DNA of 63,991 nucleotides, counting the filler, from Dugesia japonica (taxonomy: Eukaryota), in NCBI GenBank assembly GCA_001938525.1. It is 6 parts of 6 records of this genome, joined end to end, with 100 filler letters (N's around TTAATTAATTAA, not from the genome) between each part and the next. Parts side by side here need not be neighbours in the genome. Positions count along the whole stretch, not along the records: positions 1 to 9,910 come from MQRL01637984.1; positions 10,011 to 18,303 come from MQRL01504098.1; 4 more parts are not named here. One strand, 5' to 3'. The first letter of the stretch is position 1. Every line of letters begins with the position of its first letter. Below the pieces are notes generated by a model. The model was not told the DNA's origin. It made no database searches and worked only from the letters and a program-made list of their open reading frames with translations. Shown piece after piece: positions 1-12,622 of this stretch. The position numbers and the translations under genes were made by a program.

Positions 1-511
1 TGAACATTTTTGTATATGGTTTGCTATATGAAAATGTTTTTTTCCAAGATAAAAGTACTAGCGCACTGGATCTGTTGACATTGATTCAGAAATTTCTCCA
101 CCAAAACTTATTGTAAGGCTATGAAAATAATAGCATTCAATCCAGAATAAAAGTTTGAAAAAATTTTGTATAGGATTTCCTGTAAAATATGCTCAGTTAA
201 AAATATAGAAAATTTTATCATATCCCACCTTAGATAGAAAATTATCTTTTCTAGAAAAGACTTAGAATAGTCAAACAAATTTGATATTTTTAAACTCAAA
301 ATAAAAAACTGAACATATTTCCCCTAGAGTTTGTTTTACAAATATGCGTCATTCTCAAAATAATATACAATTTTATATTTAATTAAAATAATTATAATAT
401 TAAAAAAATAATAATTTTAAAAATATTTTCATACTATTCACCTCAAAAGAAAAAACTAAACATTTTGTATAGAGGGTTTACTGTTATATTATACACTTGA
501 TTTTGACAATA

Positions 512-859
512 TTAATTCTTAAGACCAAGTATAACAACCTTTCTACTAGCAAATACATTAACACAGGTAGAATTGTATTTAGTAAGTCTCAACGCTGGAA
601 ATAAATCGGGTTCATACACACACTTGGTTATTCTTGCCAATGCATACAAATTAACTGATTGATTCAAATTTAATACAATAGTTAATGATTGTAACTGAAT
701 GTTTTTAATTACATACTGTAAATGCTTCATATCTATTGGTTTCTTGCATCTCATGATTCTATAATTCCCAGATTTAAAGAAATTAATCGTATAATTTCTA
801 CTTTTATCGACTATTTGTGATGGTTTACCGATAGGAAATTTCATTTTACTGTTAATCAT
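512..859 (-). CDS. TATA-binding protein (TBP)-like protein, divergent and intronless
   Basis: YEPDLFPAL...VNVFASRKVVILGLK matches TBP repeat 2 (YEPELFPGL...LIFVSGKVVLTGAK). INFFKSGNYRIMRCK matches the end of repeat 1 (LIFSSGKMVCTGAK). The stop at 512 may be premature. Confidence 0.8.
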   Translation of the reverse strand: MINSKMKFPIGKPSQIVDKSRNYTINFFKSGNYRIMRCKKPIDMKHLQYVIKNIQLQSLTIVLNLNQSVNLYALARITKCVYEPDLFPALRLTKYNSTCVNVFASRKVVILGLKN

Positions 860-950
860 TTGTATTATTAATAGCTTTCAAATATGTACTTTGTTGTAAA
901 TAATTCGTTTAAACAATATAAACAAGGTTTTAAATTATTAATTTTTAAAA

Positions 951-1600
951 ATGAATAAATTAAGAAATGATGCTGTGTGTCAAATAGTTTGTCCTACTAG
1001 TANTGNAAAAACACTGTTTGTATGTAAATTATTAAAATCCAATTTATTTAAATCAAAATTCAATAAAATNTANTGGCAAAGCGGTGTAAATNAAGAGCAT
1101 GGATTGACTCAATCAGAGTTTTCTAATATAAAAATAAAAATTATAAATGAATTTGATGATAATTGAAGAGATTGAAAAGCAAGAGATTGAAATCAGATGA
1201 TATTATTGTTGTTGATGATTTTTACCAGGAAGCAAACAAGGAAAAGAACTTTAACAATTTATTCACAAAAATATCAAGACATTTTAATATGACTGTGATT
1301 TTCATTACTTAAAATCTATTTCATCAAGAAAGTGGTCATAGAACCAGTAATTTAAATGTAAAATACTTGGTTTTATTTAAAAATCCAAGAGATAAAACAG
1401 TGATTAATTTTCTAGCAAACATGCTTATCCTGATAATATAAAATTTCTTATGTATTCATTCAAAGATGTAACAGTTAATCCACATGTGTATCTATTTCTC
1501 GATTTTACACAACAATATCCAGACGAACTTAGAGTAAGATGTGATATTTTCAATCAAAGTAGAATTACAATATATAAAACAATTGAACAATTAAAGTAAT
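951..1600 (+). pseudogene. Polinton A32/FtsK-like packaging ATPase
   Basis: Walker A-like IVCPTSxxKT, Walker B DIIVVDD (~1198-1220), FTKISRHFN, VIFIT*NLF and LVLFKNPRD; frameshifted. Confidence 0.9.
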
Positions 1601-1659
1601 TATTTTTATTATAAAATGTCTGAATTTAAAAGGTTTTAGTTGATCAGATAAATAACGGT

Positions 1660-1875
1660 ATGAATAATTCAAAAGTGAAAGGTAAAAAGCTAACTGTAAA
1701 GAAAAAGAAACAAACAAAGAAAAATTCAATAAAGAAAAAGACAAAAAAGAAGCATACAAAGAGGAAGCATCTAAAAAAGAAACAAGTAAAGAAAGAATTG
1801 AGCGAGTTCAAAAAACTAACAAAAAGCTTTGGAAAGAAAATTTCAAATATTAACGGAAAATGGGTCAAGATATAA
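1660..1875 (+). CDS. Small Lys-rich basic protein (putative Polinton core/DNA-binding protein)
   Basis: Extremely K-rich, ends in WVKI, lies between the ATPase and the pX-like gene. Confidence 0.45.
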   Translation: MNNSKVKGKKLTVKKKKQTKKNSIKKKTKKKHTKRKHLKKKQVKKELSEFKKLTKSFGKKISNINGKWVKI

Positions 1876-1907
1876 ACAATCTGACTGTTTGTATTTACAT
1901 AAACATT

Positions 1908-2210
1908 ATGAAATTTAAATAAAGCCCATTTTTAATATATTGCTAAAGGTTCCAAAAGAGTCGGCAAGGAAAGTGTTACAGTTATTTACAACATTTGTTA
2001 TAGATGATTTGATAAAGATTATTGTGAATGTTGTTCGTAGTATTTTAATTATAAGTCAAAAGAAAAAACTAGAATTACGTCAAAAAAGGTCATTGCTTTC
2101 AATTATAAATACAAAGAAACGGAAATTGATGTGAAATATAATATAGAAACAAAAAGGAAGATTCCTTGCTGCATTATTAGCAATAGCATTAGCAGCCTTT
2201 GGACTAATAA
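1908..2210 (+). pseudogene. Polinton pX/mu-like core protein
   Basis: Reading through stops at 2132 and 2144 gives KQKGRFLAALLAIALAAFGL, resembling the GG-FLPAL hydrophobic tail of adenovirus pX and Polinton homologues. Confidence 0.6.
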
Positions 2211-2282
2211 ATTTTACATAAACAATTGGTAACTTACAATAATTATCAAGACTTTATTTTAAATTTATATTAAATTGTTGTA

Positions 2283-3630
2283 ATGGACAAAATCGAACCA
2301 ATATAGACTGACCCGAAAAGTCCAGCAGGGTTCAAAGGAGTAGAAAAACTATGGAAAGCAATACACAATTCGAAAAGCGAGACAAAAAAGTGGTTAGTTG
2401 TTCAACAGTCTGAACAAGCCAATGTTGAAAAGATTTCCAACAATACTGTATAAAACGTTTGGTATTGATGATACATGGCAAATTAATTTGATGTAAATGA
2501 TACCTTTTTCGAGAATTAATAAAGAATACAAGAATATTTTGGCATGTGTTGATGTATTTAGTAGATTGGTAAGAGTTGTACCGATAAAATCAAAATTTGA
2601 TAATGAGATGGAAGCTGCANNNNNNNNNNNNNNNNNNNNNNNNNNNNNNNNNNNNNNNNNNNNNNNNNNAAGCAATACACAATTCGAAAAACGAGACAAA
2701 AAAGTGGTTAGTTGTTCAACAGTCTGAACAAGCCAATGTTGAAAAGATTCCCAACAATATTGTATAAAACGTTTGGTATTGATGATACATGGCAAATTAA
2801 ATTGATGTAAATGATACCTTTTTCGAGAATTAATAAAGAATACAAGTATATTTTGGCAAGTGTTGATGTATTTAGTAGATTGGTAAGAGTTGTACCGATA
2901 AAATCAAAATTTGATAATGAGATGGAAGCTGCAATAGAAACAATCTTCAAAGAGGTGCATCCTGATAATTTGCAAACTGATTTGGNAAAAGAATTTTATA
3001 ATTCAAAAGTCAAAAATATTTTTAATCATCTCAATTTTAATAATTATTCTGTATTTTCACAATACAAAGCAGCATATGTTGAAAGATTTAATTGAACATT
3101 GAGAGATGCGCTGAAAACGTACTTTGTACATACTGGTAATAAAACCTGGATACACCTTTTATCGAAAGTAATCGATAGTTAAAATCAAGTAAGTCACAGA
3201 AAATTAAATAGGACAAGACCTGTTGATGTATAATTAGATAATTCAAAGAAATTAAGGCTTTTGAGACAACAACCAAAAAAAATCAAGAAACCAAAATATA
3301 AAGTTAGTGATCATGTTAGAATCTCAAACATATCAGCTTCACCATTCATCAAGAATTTCAATAGTAATTGGAGTGATGAGTGTTTCAAATATCANNNNNN
3401 NNNNNNNNNNNNNNNNNNNNNNNNNNNNNNNNNNNNNNNNNNNNNNNNNAAAATATTATTGTTGAAAAATTCTATGAACAAGAATTAAAAGGTATTCCAC
3501 AACCAACAGTATTTAAAATAAAAAAAAGATTATCAGCTGAAAGGGAATTAAAAAGTATAAACAATTATATATAAAGTGGCATGAATATGAAAAACCAAGT
3601 TGGATATCAGCATCTTAAGTAGTAAATTAA
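2283..3630 (+). pseudogene. Polinton retroviral-like (rve) integrase with C-terminal chromodomain-like segment
   Basis: TDPKSPAGFKGVEKL, WQINL, VDVFSR, LQTDLxKEF, AAYVERFN, KYKVSDHVRIS, KFYEQEL, YIKWHEYEKPSWI. Confidence 0.9.
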
Positions 3631-3638
3631 ACAGAAAA

Positions 3639-4635
3639 ATGAAAATGAGCAAAACGAATAATTTCTTTACATCATAGTTGTCCACGTATTCATCCTGATA
3701 ATACGGCAAGTAGATTCATTGTTGCACTTGAAAATATTATTTACTTGAATGAACAATGAGAAGTAGCATTGATAAACTTTACCTTTATATATTCTGCCTT
3801 TCAATTATATAACAAATAGTACATCAAATATGTAACCGGTGATGATTATGAGAGGAATGTAGAAATCATAATCAATAACAAANNNNNNNNNNNNNNNNNN
3901 NNNNNNNNNNNNNNNNNNNNNNNNNNNNNNNNNNNNNNNNNNNNNNNNNNNNNNNNNNATGATTATGTTGTATTATTTGACAATTTATAAGATGCCAAAA
4001 GATTTGGATTTAATACTGAGGAATAATATAGAATCAGATTCTACCATGCAATATTGAGACTTTAAAAATGATGATTCGATTGATGTTCTGAAAATGAAAT
4101 TAGTGTTTTCAATAGAACTAATAAATTCATATTTTTTCGAAACGAATATTACATATCAAATTTGGATCAACTTAGCCGTTTGATCACAAAAATCTGCAAA
4201 TCTGTTTTCAAAACACTTAAAATAAAAAATGATGAACCATTCTGATGTTCGTTGTTGGAAAATGTTAAAAGTGTTACGTTCGACAATATCTTGTCAAAAT
4301 CATTGGGATTAGACAGCCAAAAATATACTCGTGATTATAGAAATAAAGTCCATACTGAATTCATTGGTATTAAATATTCAAAATAAATCACTAATCCTCA
4401 TCAAATGTTCATCTTTAGGAACTATAATTGTTGGCGATGTTAATGTTCCTTTGTTGAAATCTGTTTGGTTAGAAAATTATGACGATGATCAACTAGCACA
4501 GATAACAATCAAAAAGCCACTTCATGTATAAACAATATAGAAATCAAAATCCNNNNNNNNNGTGGAGAATTAATAAACTTTGCTAAAGACTCAAAAACTC
4601 ATTTAACTCTACATTTTCGAAAAGTAAATGTCTAA
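3639..4635 (+). pseudogene. Polinton minor capsid (penton-like) protein
   Basis: N-terminal HPDNTASRFIVAL...*EVALINF and C-terminal IVGDVNVPLLKSV...GELINF...LTLHFRK; both are typical of this gene. Confidence 0.8.
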
Positions 4636-4760
4636 TCCCGATATTAATAAACTTTTAGAACTAGTCAAGCTGGTGGAGAATTACCGCATTTGTAGGGAAA
4701 CAGTTTGGATCTGGATGGTGGCAAACAATTGGTCAATTTGCATTCACAATTCTTAGACGT
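4628..4760 (+). pseudogene. Polinton pVII-like core protein, 5' fragment
   Basis: With frameshifts reads MSNPDINKLLELV/QAGGELPH/FVGKQFGSGWWQTIGQFAF; truncated by gypsy gag sequence. Confidence 0.55.
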
Positions 4761-7700
4761 ATTGGAGCTATACAACTCTTCAAATCTAGACAAAGAAGAG
4801 ATGACAAAAGAATTAATATTCAATAGTTGCCTCAATAAAAATATGCAAATAAAAATTAAAGGAGGCAAATTAGCCAACTCGAAAGAAATATTTGAAACCA
4901 TAAAAACAAATAATAAACTAAAAAAGAACCTAAAAGAAACGGACAATAAAAATACGGTAGAGAGTTACGCCAACGCAGTAAAAAGAGGCATTGCAAAAGA
5001 TTATTTCTCAGAAGTTAACCGAACTCAAAATAAAGCTAAAAAAGAAATTACATGTTGGTCATGTCAGCAAAAGTTGTCCGGAAAAGAAAGGAACATGTTA
5101 CGCATGCAAATCAGAGAATCATATTGTNACAAAATTAGATGTTCAAGATGTGGAAAAATGGACATCATACAGAACAATGTTATACTAATTTGGAGAAAAG
5201 AGGTGTGTGGACTAATGAGAGAAGACAGTAGAATAACGAACAAAGAAACGAAGCAGCACTATACAGCCGATAAGAGGAAACAAACAGAAGATATGACGAT
5301 AATAACAAATTCCAAAAACAAAATGGGAGGACATCAGTCAATAATGGATGCAGGAAAAAAACGGCAATATATATGTAAATGCAATGGTAGTGGATGATGA
5401 GGAGTACATGAAGAGAGGATTTAATATTTATTATTACGACGAGGAGACAAACAGCTATAGAATAGAGACTCCAAACAGATAAGCTCCACCCAAACTCGAG
5501 ATGAGTAGATCAATGAACTAAAAAACAATCCAGATNNNNNNNNNNNNNNNNNNNNNNNNNNNNNNNNNNNNNNNNNNNNNNNNNNNNNNTAGACAGAAAA
5601 GTTTATACGTTTTTAAAGAAAGATTACAGAGTTATGTATAATACAGATATCAAGATAATGAAAGAAACGAAAAATAATGATAACAAAATAATGGTATTTG
5701 AAGAGAATGAACATGTACAAATAAATTATGATAGAATGCAAGGTAGGCCTAGTGTAAAAGTAAGAACTCATGGAAGATATATAGACTGCCGTTTGGGCAT
5801 AGGTGCAAAAATAAACGTGATGAGCCTAAATATATTTAAAAATCTGAAAAATGTGGAGCAGATAGGAACTGATGACGTGTTAAAATGTGCAAATAATTGC
5901 AGAATGAACGTTGCGGGCAAGATATATGTAGAAGTGGAGATCGAAAACAGTAAGAAAACATTCCAATTCTCCGTAGTGAAAGAAATGAGTCAGAATTTTG
6001 TTGGAGGAATAGACATGTAACGCGTAAATTGAGGATGTTGAAAAATAACAGAGAGCTTAAAAAATTTTGATAACAAAACAAGATGAAAAACTTAAAAAAG
6101 TAATATAACAACATCGAGGAGTATCCATGGCAGATAACTGGGATGTCGGATGTACAATGGTGACAGAACACCAGATATTGACAAAGGGTAATCCAATAAA
6201 TACAAATCCTTAGAAACAACCATGAATCTAGAAGAAAAAAAGATACGATTATAAAAAGTTTAGCGTCCCCTAATATTATAAGAAAATATATTTTGCAGTG
6301 GAATACACCACTGATATGCGTCTGGAAGAAAGAAGAATGTATGTGAGACTTTGCCTGGACTTCAGAAAACTGAATGCAGTCACGGAACAACAGGGTTTTT
6401 CGATGACAAACGTGGAAGAAATGTTAGACAATTTGTATGGGGCTAAATCTTTCAGTACCATAGACTTGGGAAAAGCGTATTACCAGGTACCGTTAGAAAA
6501 AGAGTCACAAGAGAAAACAGCCTTTTCGACAAAATATGGTTAATATTGCTTCACAACAATGCCATTCGGTATAGCAGAAGCCCTGGGAAAACTCCAAGAA
6601 CTAATGACGAAAGTATTGGATGGTCTAAATGAAACAATTGTGTATAAAGAAGGAATTCGAAGAGGTCCATTGAAAATAAAAGCAATCTAGAATTTTGAGA
6701 AATCCAAATGTGTAAAGAGCCTGAAAAAATTATTCGGAATATGCAATTATTACAGATGATTTATCAAGAATTATTCAAAGAAATCAAGAGCCCTAGAACA
6801 ATTATGTGGAAGCTACAGCAACAAGCTAATTTAATCAGGTGGATGTCCGAAAGCCTTTACAGAAATGAAACAAGCACTGATATAAGCACCTATTCTAGGA
6901 TTCCCGGATATAAATAAAACATTTATTTTAGATACTGACACCAGCTTCGATGCAATAAGAGCGGTCGTATTACAAAGTGATGATGATGGAAGAGAAATAG
7001 TTATTGCTTACGGCTCACATGCCATGATATCACAGGATAAAGGTTACTGTATCAAATGAAAAGAATTACTAGCAATCTACTACTTCTGCAACCACTTCAA
7101 GCATTATTTATATGGAAAAAATTTATAATAAGGTTAGATTACAAAGCCATCGTATTCATGAAAAAGACGAACAACCCGATAACACTGCAGTTCTAGACAT
7201 GGATAAATTACCTTAGCAACTTAGACATGGAACTAATATATAGACAAGGCAAGAAACATGCAAACGTAGATATGCTCTTAAGAAAGAAATGCGGAATTTG
7301 CACTCAATGCCAAATGTAACATGAAGATCCAAAGATGGGGAAGATGAAAACAAGACAGATAAATCAGATGATAAAGATGGAGAGATGTAAATGGCAGGAG
7401 ATAATAGAGGAAATCAAAATAATCAAACGAGATATTCAAGAGGGAAAGGATTCAAAATATAGAGTCAAAAGTAATATAGTAAAACAAGTGATTGGAAAAT
7501 TTGGATTTCAAAAGAGAAAAGAATATCAATAATTAAAGAGATACATACATTGTTAATACATGCAGAAACAAAATAATGATCAGCTACATAATCAGCAACT
7601 ACGAAGTAAAGGAACTGAAAAAGACAATCACAGAAGTGATAAGACGGTGTGAAGCGTGCCATCAGAACAAAGTTAATAATGTGACAACAAAAGATACAAC

Positions 7701-8434
7701 AGTAAAATTAAGCCCAAATTGTCAATTTGAAAATATATATATGGACATATGTGGGCCTTTTCAAGAGACTGTGAACAAACGAAGGTATAAATGTGGAATA
7801 ATAAATCAATACAGTCGATATGTAAGCCTAACAGCAATCAGCGAGCAAGATGATGAGACGATTAAAAAAGTGATAATGAAAAATTTTATCCTGAGATTTG
7901 GAGCTATGACAAACGTTCACGTGGACAGTGGCAACACATTTGAATCAAAAAACTTCGGGAATCTGATGGAATCGATGAAGTACATTTTTCAAGTCAATAA
8001 CATCACAATACAATCGGGATAATATAGAGACAATTCCGCACAATCAGAGACTGTAATAATGCAGCCGCAGTGGAAGATAGAAGGAAAGATTGAAGTAACA
8101 GTAAACTTGAGATCTAATACATGTTGAATGCAACAAGGCTAAAGGCATTGGGGGTATCACCAGCAGAATTAATATTTGATAGGAGAATTCACAGAGAACA
8201 ATGGTTTGACAGCCAAACAGATGACAAAGAGTCGATGGAAGAAACACCTACAAAAAGACAATTCTAAGTGGGAGACAAAGAATTGATAAAACTAGAAACT
8301 AGAACAAAAGACAATGAAAAATACTCTGGCCCATACAAGATCACGGAGGAGGTCCATGATAGAAGACATTGTATACTAAATGCAAATGGAAAAGTTCTAG
8401 AAAGGAACGTAGAAAAGCTTAAAAAATTCTTTTA
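4760..8434 (+). mobile_element. Ty3/gypsy LTR retrotransposon (family A), 5'-truncated and degenerate
   Basis: Gag with three CCHC knuckles (~5050-5185), protease (5690-6020), RT (LCLDFRKLN, IDLGKAYYQV, MPFG; YxDD region deleted), RNase H (LDTDTSFDAI), integrase (DICGPF, HVDSG). Confidence 0.92.
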
Positions 8435-8687
8435 ATTATTTAAAGGATTAAACATTGAAATTGCAATTTAAAGTTTGAAGAAGAAAATACTAGAAAAGAT
8501 TTCAATAATTTTTTAAAATATTTAAACAACTTCGTTTAAATATTCAATCTTTAAAAAAATAGTTTTTTAAGATTTGAAGATTTAAAATTTCACAAATAAA
8601 ATTTTGTTGACTTTAATGGACTTTTCAGAAAGTTTATCAGTAACTAACATAAACAAACTCAATATCATGAAAGACAGTTGACCAAAA

Positions 8688-9020
8688 TGAAATTAATATT
8701 TTTTATTATTATTTTGATATTACTTTAATACTTCAATCCAGATAAATCAAATTGCTATAAAATGGCTTGGATCAGAGTTTCTAGGTGTGTATCCATCGGA
8801 CAAGCTTCTATTTATTCTATTCAATTAAGCCATAGTCATCAATACCAAATCATCAAATCTTGATGGAGAACATCGGTTAGCAGTGTAAAATAGCCCAAGA
8901 AAATTACTTGTATTCAATTCATTTGGATAATATTATCCATCAATGTTGGTCTCGCAGCTATCAAGATTATTAAAGCCTATTGTATTCAATAGAGTTCGAT
9001 TTCAAGATCCATTTACCACA
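8688..9020 (+). pseudogene. Adenain-like (C5) cysteine protease of the Polinton
   Basis: FLGVYPSD, IVINTKSSNLDGEHRLAV (EHW mutated), VFNSFG, RFQDPFTT; the catalytic Cys region is lost. Confidence 0.8.
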
Positions 9021-9910
9021 TTGCTTATTGTGATCGAAATATTAACACTGTTGTATGTAATAATTGTTTTTAGTCAAAAATTACGTTTTCAATAGATTTG
9101 CTATTATTTACTAGTAATATAATATCAATACAGTTCATGTTCAACTAATTTATTACGTTACAGTATTTTAAATAAACAATAAATTAAAAATTCTAAAGTC
9201 ATACACACACATAAAGTGATTCCTATAGAAATAATTATGTAATAGCATACATGTTGACTAATTTACAAACATTTGAATAAAAAGTAATTACTTCTAAAAT
9301 TATTTCTCTTTATCAATCTCAAAATAAAGTCTTTCACCAATAAAGTCTTTTGTCAATTATTTTATGCTTTTTTAATTTTTATTACAGGATAATGTACAAT
9401 AACAATATAAAATAAACAAACAATGAAGCCAGTGATGGTGAATAACAACGTAATTTATATATATTTTATTCATTTATTATTTTTATTTATTTATTTTATT
9501 ATTTATTAATATTTATTTAAAATAAAATGTAAAATTTTGAAATTTAATGAAAATAAATTAAAATTAACACACGAAATAAAATTATTAGAAGGAAGCATTT
9601 TTATGCATCAAACTCTATATACAACATGTTCAGTTATTCAGATGAGTTTGAAGTACTCATTGAATAATTAATGTCAAAACTCGTTTCCATGTAAGATTTA
9701 TTCACAAAACAAAACTATGAAAATAAATTTGTTTATTCAAATAAATTTTAAAATTTATACTCAAAAATATCAATTCTCAACATTTTGTAAAATATTTTAA
9801 TTTAAAATTTTTTAATATCAAATTTAAAAATACAATAAAAACACATTTTATTGACAATATTTTATTTTATTTAAAGTTTTAAATATTTTATTTTATTTAA
9901 TTTAAAATTT

Positions 9911-10010
9911 NNNNNNNNNNNNNNNNNNNNNNNNNNNNNNNNNNNNNNNNNNNNTTAATTAATTAANNNNNNNNNNNNNNNNNNNNNNNNNNNNNNNNNN
10001 NNNNNNNNNN
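9911..10010. other. Synthetic scaffold linker
   Basis: 44 N + TTAATTAATTAA (stops in all six frames) + 44 N. Confidence 0.97.
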
Positions 10011-12300
10011 GGACATGTGTCCTCCTAGTACTCCATTGTGATATTGCTCGAGTAATTTATCTCGTCTTGCTTTAGGAATGACTAGTACAGTATTTTCTCC
10101 GTCCTGAGCAGTCAGCCATCCTTTAGTTACTGCATAACGACCTCCGTTTTTCTTTAAGTGCTCTTTCATCTTGGGTTCGCATTCTAACTTCTCTAAATCA
10201 TAATTTTCCATATATTTCGTGATGATCTTGATTTCTTTATCATCAACCTGAGCTTGTTTCAGATCATCGAAATTTCGATCCTCGGCAAAAATGAAGTATA
10301 CCATCCCGACTTTTTTCTCTAATAATTCACGTAATTTAAACGTTTCCGTATCTTCCGGGGTATTTTTTGTAACTTCTGGTCCCCCGATTCTCGACAGACA
10401 ATCGGCATTTGAGTTCGCTTTACTTAATTTTAACAGAGGACAATAATCCTGAATTTCCAATTGCCATTTTGCCATTATATTCCATTGAAATGGTTTCTGA
10501 GCCATAAAAGTGATTGGTAAGTGATCTGAATAGATTAAGACCTCGTGTCCATGTATGAGTGAGCGAAAATGTTTAGTGGCTTTTACAATGACCATTATTT
10601 CTCGTTCGGTTGTGCTATAATTTAATTCTGCTTCCTGGAATTTCTTGCTAAAATATGCAATAACTCTTTCTCTCCTTTGTTCATCTAATTGGCTTAATAC
10701 GGCGCCCATCGCATACCCACTAGCGTCGTTGGCTAATATGAATGGCTTTTTGAAATTCGGATGTAGCAGAATTGGTGCCGTTAATAATTTGTCCCGTAAC
10801 GTCTCGAGTGATTGTTGCCGCTTTGGTCGCCATATAGATGCGGTATCTTGTTTGACCAATTCCTGCATCAGTTTCGCAATTTTAGCGAAATCCTTAATAA
10901 ATTTGCGATTGTAGTTTGCGAGGCCGAGAAATTCTTGTATTTTGAGCACGCAATTTGGCGTTGCTAGGCTCCTTATCTTTTCTGTATTTCTCGGGTCTGT
11001 TTCTTTCCCTTTATCTGATATCAAATGTCCCAGGTACGTTACTTTATTCTTAGCCCATTCGCACTTGNNNNNNNNNNNNNNNNNNNNNNNNNNNNNNNNN
11101 NNNNNNNNNNNNNNNNNNNNNNNNNNNNNNNNNNNNNNNNNNNNNNNNNNNATACCGTGAGTTACATAATTCATCATTCGTTGAAAAGAAGCCGGTGCAT
11201 TAGTAAGCCCGAATGGCATATGGATAAATTGGTACAGATCCTTGCCCGTTGAAAAAGCTGTTTTTTCCCTATCTTCTGGTTTAATTTGTATCTGCCAATA
11301 CCCGCTTCGCAAATCCAATGTGGCGATTATTTTCGCGTTACACAGTAACTGTAACAACTCATTAATGTCTGGCAGTGAATACGTATATTTTTTAGTTTGT
11401 GCATTTAACCTTCTGTAATCGATACAGAATCGCTGTGTCCCGTCTTTCTCATCTACTAACACTACTGGGGACTGCCATGGTGAGCAACTAAGTTCTATCA
11501 CACCGATTTTTACTAACTTAGCCGTTTCTTTGTTTGCAAAGTCCTTTTTCTTCACTGTCATGGCATATGGTTTCTGCTTGCTTGGAGTTTCGTCTGTTAA
11601 TGGAATTGGTTGCATTGTAGCCGTACACATACCTAGTTCTTCATCAGCCCATGCAAAAATATCTCTAAATTCTTCCAATAGTTGTAATATTTCCTGTTTT
11701 TGATCATCTGCCAGAGTTTCCGTTTCTACTTTAAATGCCCTATCTATTACTGGTTCGACGATTATTTCCTCTATCTCGTCGGTTTCTGGTTCGATGGGAG
11801 TTAGTGTACCCATTCTGGAATTTGGTTTGATCGTAATATCTTTTTCAGTAAAGTTGACCAAGCTAACTGGTACTTCTCTACTTTTGTTGACCGTGGCTAT
11901 TCCTCCTGCCGTAGGTAACTCATATTGTTGTGCAAATCCGTCATAAGGTTCAAAATAACAATCTCCTTCGTATGCATTTTTGGTGCTTACTATACAATAC
12001 ACTTGACATCTACAGGGCACCAGTATCAATTCTGTTGTGAATACTTCGTGATCTTTAACGTGAGTGTACCCTTCCAAAGATTGTAACCGTAACGTTGAGA
12101 AATTCAATATGCCATTTTTCATCAAAATTGGGCGAATATCTGTACCCAAAATGCACTGTCCGGCCATCTCTACTATTATCATATTGTGTTTGATTTTGTT
12201 TTCCAGGTATTCTATTTCGCATGCTGACTCCCCAAAAATTTTTAGACTGCTTCCATTCGCCACATCTGCCGTGGTATTAGTGGGTAATATGTTTTTATAC
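10011..12300 (-). CDS. Pol: C-terminal half of protease 2, spacer, RT, RNase H, start of integrase
   Basis: ANGSSL...CILGTD; QRFCIDYRRLN; LDLRSGYWQI; MPFGLTNAPASFQR; NDASGYAMGAVL; NYSTTERE; SDHLP; NADCLSR; integrase YH...GGHM. Truncated by the scaffold end. Confidence 0.95.
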
Positions 12301-12304
12301 TCTG

Positions 12305-12523
12305 TTATCGCGTTTTTTCTATGGATAGCGACGATATTGTTGCTCCTGTATCCAATAAAGCCGTTGTAGGCCTACCGTTGATTTTAACCATGATTGTTAA
12401 TACAGGCCCGACACTGAGGCTTGCGCATATTACATCTGAAGGGTTACAACTTGTGTTATGTTGTTTTTTGTTTTTCCATCTTGGTTCCCGTTTTTGAAAC
12501 CTTACCCAATTGTCTCTTATCAT
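12305..12523 (-). pseudogene. Aspartic protease 2, N-terminal half
   Basis: VKINGRPTTALLDTGATIS; joins the pol frame through a frameshift near the A-run at ~12315. Confidence 0.85.
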
Positions 12524-12622
12524 GGTAGATGTATTGGTACTTTTCCGCCGATCTTGGTTTGAGTTATTTTGCTCATCTCTGCCTGACGAGAGAGGCGGCT
12601 GTTGGCTGGGTGTTGGTTGATT

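Larger units (their letters stand above)
512..9030. mobile_element. Degenerate Polinton/Maverick (adintovirus-like) element, interrupted by a gypsy element
   Basis: Co-oriented A32-like ATPase, pX-like protein, rve integrase with chromodomain, minor capsid, pVII-like protein and adenain protease. Many stops and frameshifts; termini not seen. Confidence 0.9.

Noticed and set aside
1-480. Possible further Polinton gene downstream of the TBP-like gene
   Set aside because: Broken frames with no motif I can recognise.
1565-1868. Phe-rich minus-strand ORFs resembling membrane proteins
   Set aside because: They are antisense shadows of the A-rich Lys-coding strand.
2357-2933. Apparent tandem duplication in the integrase
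   Set aside because: Near-identical copies flank a ~50-N gap, typical of uncollapsed contig overlaps or haplotypes. The same pattern occurs at 13660-13759, 29821-30466 and 61559-61988.
11800-12060. dUTPase-like beta-rich segment between PR and RT
   Set aside because: No dUTPase catalytic motifs; similar spacers are common in gypsy pol proteins.
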